Shown: positions 61,929 to 64,000 of the stretch, in pieces | Numbering within the stretch: the first letter of the stretch is position 1 | Layout: the number at the start of each line of letters is the position of its first letter | Assembly (NCBI GenBank): GCA_965116925.1 | Contig: OZ220744.1 | Span: forward strand, 2,729,136-2,793,135 | DNA length: 64,000 nucleotides | Direction of reading: 5' to 3' | From: Candidatus Poribacteria bacterium | GTDB lineage: Bacteria; Poribacteria; WGA-4E; PCPOR2b | Notes under the pieces: generated by a model | What the model was told of the DNA's origin: nothing | The model's database searches: none | The model's input: the letters and a program-made list of their open reading frames with translations, nothing else | Program-made: the position numbers and the translations under genes

Positions 61929-62518
61929 GGGGGTGAAAAGGTTTCGACGAGAGTAGATGATGTAAAGGTTGCATGCCGAGGTCTCCGCAGGCCTCGTTAA
62001 ACAGGCGGAAACAATTTAATTGCCGATGAAGAATTGGCTCTAGCTGCTTAATAAAAGCGGCTCGTCCGGCTAATTTGCGGTCCCGTCGAGTTAGCCCGAC
62101 GTCAACAAACGGGCTGTGCGCCTTACTTGTTCTCAAGGGGCATGGCGCGAGATTTAACTTGAGATAGTCCGCAGCGAATCCGGCATAAGGGAGTCCTATG
62201 GACGAAACACCAAAGCTTATGCTAAGCATGTAGTAGCCTTTATTGAAATGCTCTCGGACGCGGGTTCGATCAGTCTGGTCGACTTGGAGGGCAACCTCCT
62301 CGATTAAACTTGGCTTACATCGGTGAAACCTAAGAGATGGCGACATCTTATGGCAACACCGAGGGATTGTATGGTCCTGTAGAGACTGTAATGATAGGAG
62401 ATAATGTCAACGACAAATCTAGATCTCCTATAACACGCTAGGCTCCACCATTTTGGGTGGATGAAGATATAGTCCACGCCTCTGGGAAACCGGGGGGTCA
62501 CGTGTCCCGCCACCTCCA
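61929..62518 (+). ncRNA. ssrA: tmRNA (ssrA) interrupted by a group I intron in the T-loop. Exon 1 is 61929-62270 and exon 2 is 62505-62518. The tag reading frame spans 62022-62054
   Basis: 5' 'GGGGGUGAAAAGGUUUCGACG...GGUUGCAUGCCGAGG..CCUCG' (D-loop analog and PK1) closely parallels E. coli ssrA. Tag ORF GCC GAU GAA GAA UUG GCU CUA GCU GCU UAA UAA gives ...ADEELALAA. 3' 'GGACGCGGGUUCGAU | intron | UCCCGCCACCUCCA' restores a canonical T-arm and a 7-bp acceptor stem with a G3-U70 wobble. A T-run follows. Confidence 0.85.
62271..62504 (+). other. Group I intron (234 nt) inserted in the tmRNA T-loop
   Basis: 5' exon ends in U paired to an internal guide 'GUCGA' (P1: UCGAU/GUCGA with a U-G wobble at the splice site). 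The intron ends in G. Core-like elements 'GUAGAGACUGUAAUG' and 'GAAGAUAUAGUCC' resemble the P7/P9.0 region (AAGAUAUAGUC) of Tetrahymena-type group I introns. Confidence 0.7.
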
Positions 62519-62725
62519 TCTTTTTTAAGATTTTGAAACATTGGTTCAAGTGTAGTTACGGCATACGGAGTATGCCTACTACTTTGGTTCATTGGTTCAT
62601 TTTGTTTTCACGTTTCACGCATCACGTTTCATCTCCCATGAATGGCAATATCCTTGTAACCTCTGTTAGGCATAATTGAGTTAGTCATTTTGAACCCTAA
62701 CAGTGTTACAAGGAGGAACTGAACC

Positions 62726-63424
62726 GTGCAAACGTTAAACCGAGCCAAGCTCATCGTGAGATCGCATGTGAACGATCTCCTAGAGAAAGCAGAAGATACG
62801 CGTAAAACGCGAGGTCTTATGGTGGAAGAGATGCGCCAGAACGTGCGCCATGTCAAGGCTTTAATCGCAGGTGCGATCGCAGATCTCAAGCTGATCGAAC
62901 GGGAGATCGACGCTCATGGAACTGAAGCCAATAGGTGGGAGGATAAAGCGGTCTTCGCTTTAAAAAAAGGGGAGGAAGATCTCGCCCGTCGTGCACTCAC
63001 TCGCAAAGGTGAGCATATAAAGAAGGCAGACCTGTATCGGGAACAGATCGAGACACAGCAGGAGATAATTGACTCCCTCAAGTCCAGTTTGAAAACGCTG
63101 GAGACCAAGCTAGACACAATACGCTATCAAACTGCGAAATTGGCTGCCGCTGAAAGTTTAGGGGCATTGCAATCCACCGTCGGCGCAACACCACCGGCTG
63201 ATACAGTGATTGATACGACTGCGTTTGATGCCTACGATCGGTTGGTTGATCGTGTACGCGATCTCGAAGTACATGCAGAGGCGTTAGCGGAGTTGACGCA
63301 AGGCGATGACCTTGAGCAGCAATTTCATGAACTTGAGAACAGCGAAAAGGTCGAGGCGGACCTTGCGGCATTAAAAACCAAAGTCCGTCCTGATGATCCA
63401 GGGAGTGCACCCGCAACGGAGTGA
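62726..63424 (+). CDS. pspA: PspA/IM30-family protein (phage-shock protein A / Vipp1-like)
   Basis: All-helical coiled coil. 'LIVRSHVNDLLEKAEDTRK...' PspA N-terminal amphipathic helix. GTG start with an AAGGAGGA RBS. Confidence 0.8.
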   Translation: MQTLNRAKLIVRSHVNDLLEKAEDTRKTRGLMVEEMRQNVRHVKALIAGAIADLKLIEREIDAHGTEANRWEDKAVFALKKGEEDLARRALTRKGEHIKKADLYREQIETQQEIIDSLKSSLKTLETKLDTIRYQTAKLAAAESLGALQSTVGATPPADTVIDTTAFDAYDRLVDRVRDLEVHAEALAELTQGDDLEQQFHELENSEKVEADLAALKTKVRPDDPGSAPATE

Positions 63425-63807
63425 TGCGGATGGCTGATTTTCATCGGTTACCGTCTCGTATTCAGGAGACAACCCAAGATCAACTGAGTGCAGATGAACA
63501 GGTCCGATTGTGCACCCTTGGCAGGTCTAGCCTGCTGAACCCCGATTTTGTTGTTATCACTTCTGACCGGGTGTTGGTGTTGGAGGAGCGTCAGATGGGC
63601 AGTATGAGTGCTTCATACATCAACATTCGGTGCAATCTCTCATTTGCTCAGATTACGGGGGTCAAACTGGACCAAAGCCTCAAACACCGCATCTTTGGTC
63701 AAGCTGCCCTTGAAATTACGGTGAACGGGGATAAACATCTGATTGACAACATCAGCTACCGCGATGCGAAACGCGCAATGGCATTGATTTCCTCTTGCCA
63801 CGAATAA
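63421..63807 (+). CDS. Bacterial PH-domain (bPH_2/YdbS-like) protein
   Basis: 'DEQVRL...SSLLNPDFVVITSDRVLV...' pattern of the bacterial pleckstrin-homology domain. The stop of pspA overlaps its start. Confidence 0.6.
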   Translation: MMRMADFHRLPSRIQETTQDQLSADEQVRLCTLGRSSLLNPDFVVITSDRVLVLEERQMGSMSASYINIRCNLSFAQITGVKLDQSLKHRIFGQAALEITVNGDKHLIDNISYRDAKRAMALISSCHE

Positions 63808-63826
63808 CTTGTAGGAGGAAGCAGAT

Positions 63827-64000
63827 ATGGGCGATTTTCTAAACTACATCCTTGTTTGGTATAATGTCTGGTTCACAGCACCGATTGCGTGTGTCTTTCT
63901 CTTTGCCATCTTCCAACTTGTTATGGGCGGTCTGGATTTTGGGGGCGGAGATACCGATGTAGGTGCTGATGCCGATGTAGAGGTTGATACCGATGTCGAT
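63827..64000 (+). CDS. Membrane protein with an Asp-rich tail, truncated by the window end (likely a PspA-operon member)
   Basis: 'FLNYILVWYNVWFTAPIACVFLFAIFQLVMGG' TM segments followed by DxDV repeats. Runs off the window. Confidence 0.4.
   Translation, partial: MGDFLNYILVWYNVWFTAPIACVFLFAIFQLVMGGLDFGGGDTDVGADADVEVDTDVD

Noticed and set aside
62505-62518. tmRNA 3'-end fragment as an attB/attL duplicate left by a genomic island integrating into ssrA
   Set aside because: Integration duplicates leave an intact tmRNA 3' end upstream. Here the upstream T-arm is incomplete (GCGGGUUCGAU with no closing strand). The insert is only 234 nt, begins after a U, ends in G and carries a group I P7-like element, so an intron fits better.

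Overview
This 64 kb window looks like chromosomal DNA from a bacterium with moderately high GC. Almost all genes run on the minus strand. Recognisable housekeeping genes include recA, folE with a tandem-fused double PTPS, katG beside a Fur-family regulator, smpB-ssrA and a pspA-like operon. Catabolic genes include a PfkB kinase, HpcH and KDPG aldolases, hydantoinase A, tartrate-dehydrogenase-like, a CoA-transferase with a MaoC hydratase, and a plant-type FNR. There are also eukaryote-like repeat proteins: a secreted WD40 protein, an ankyrin protein and a Ser/Thr kinase with TPR-like tail. These suggest a host-associated, sponge-symbiont-like lineage, but that is speculative. Three things stand out. 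(1) The tmRNA gene (ssrA) appears to be interrupted in its T-loop by a roughly 234-nt group I intron. (2) A 7.4 kb gene encodes a roughly 2470-aa protein that fuses an M28 peptidase, Ca-binding Asp-rich repeats, LysM-like motifs, about 1000 aa of coiled coil and a C-terminal FtsX/MacB-type permease. It is translationally coupled to a 55-aa membrane protein. It is divergent from an XRE + ImmA/IrrE (CapH/CapP-like) regulator pair and about 7 kb from a MacB/FtsE-type ATPase operon that also contains a PqqD-like protein. (3) Two paralogous 665-aa polytopic membrane protein genes flank an Rpn-family (YhgA-like) nuclease/transposase gene. The intergenic DNA is saturated with at least six families of short structured repeats: two MITE-like families with TIRs, REP-like hairpins, and a ubiquitous promoter-proximal motif pair (GTTCATTGGTTCATT / CACGTTTCACGCATCACGTTTCA). 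There is also a conserved about 70-nt RNA leader followed by an intrinsic terminator immediately upstream of two small-membrane-protein operons, which looks like a riboswitch or attenuator. No CRISPR array or rRNA is present. All calls come from manual reading of the sequence and ORF translations; no database searches were run.
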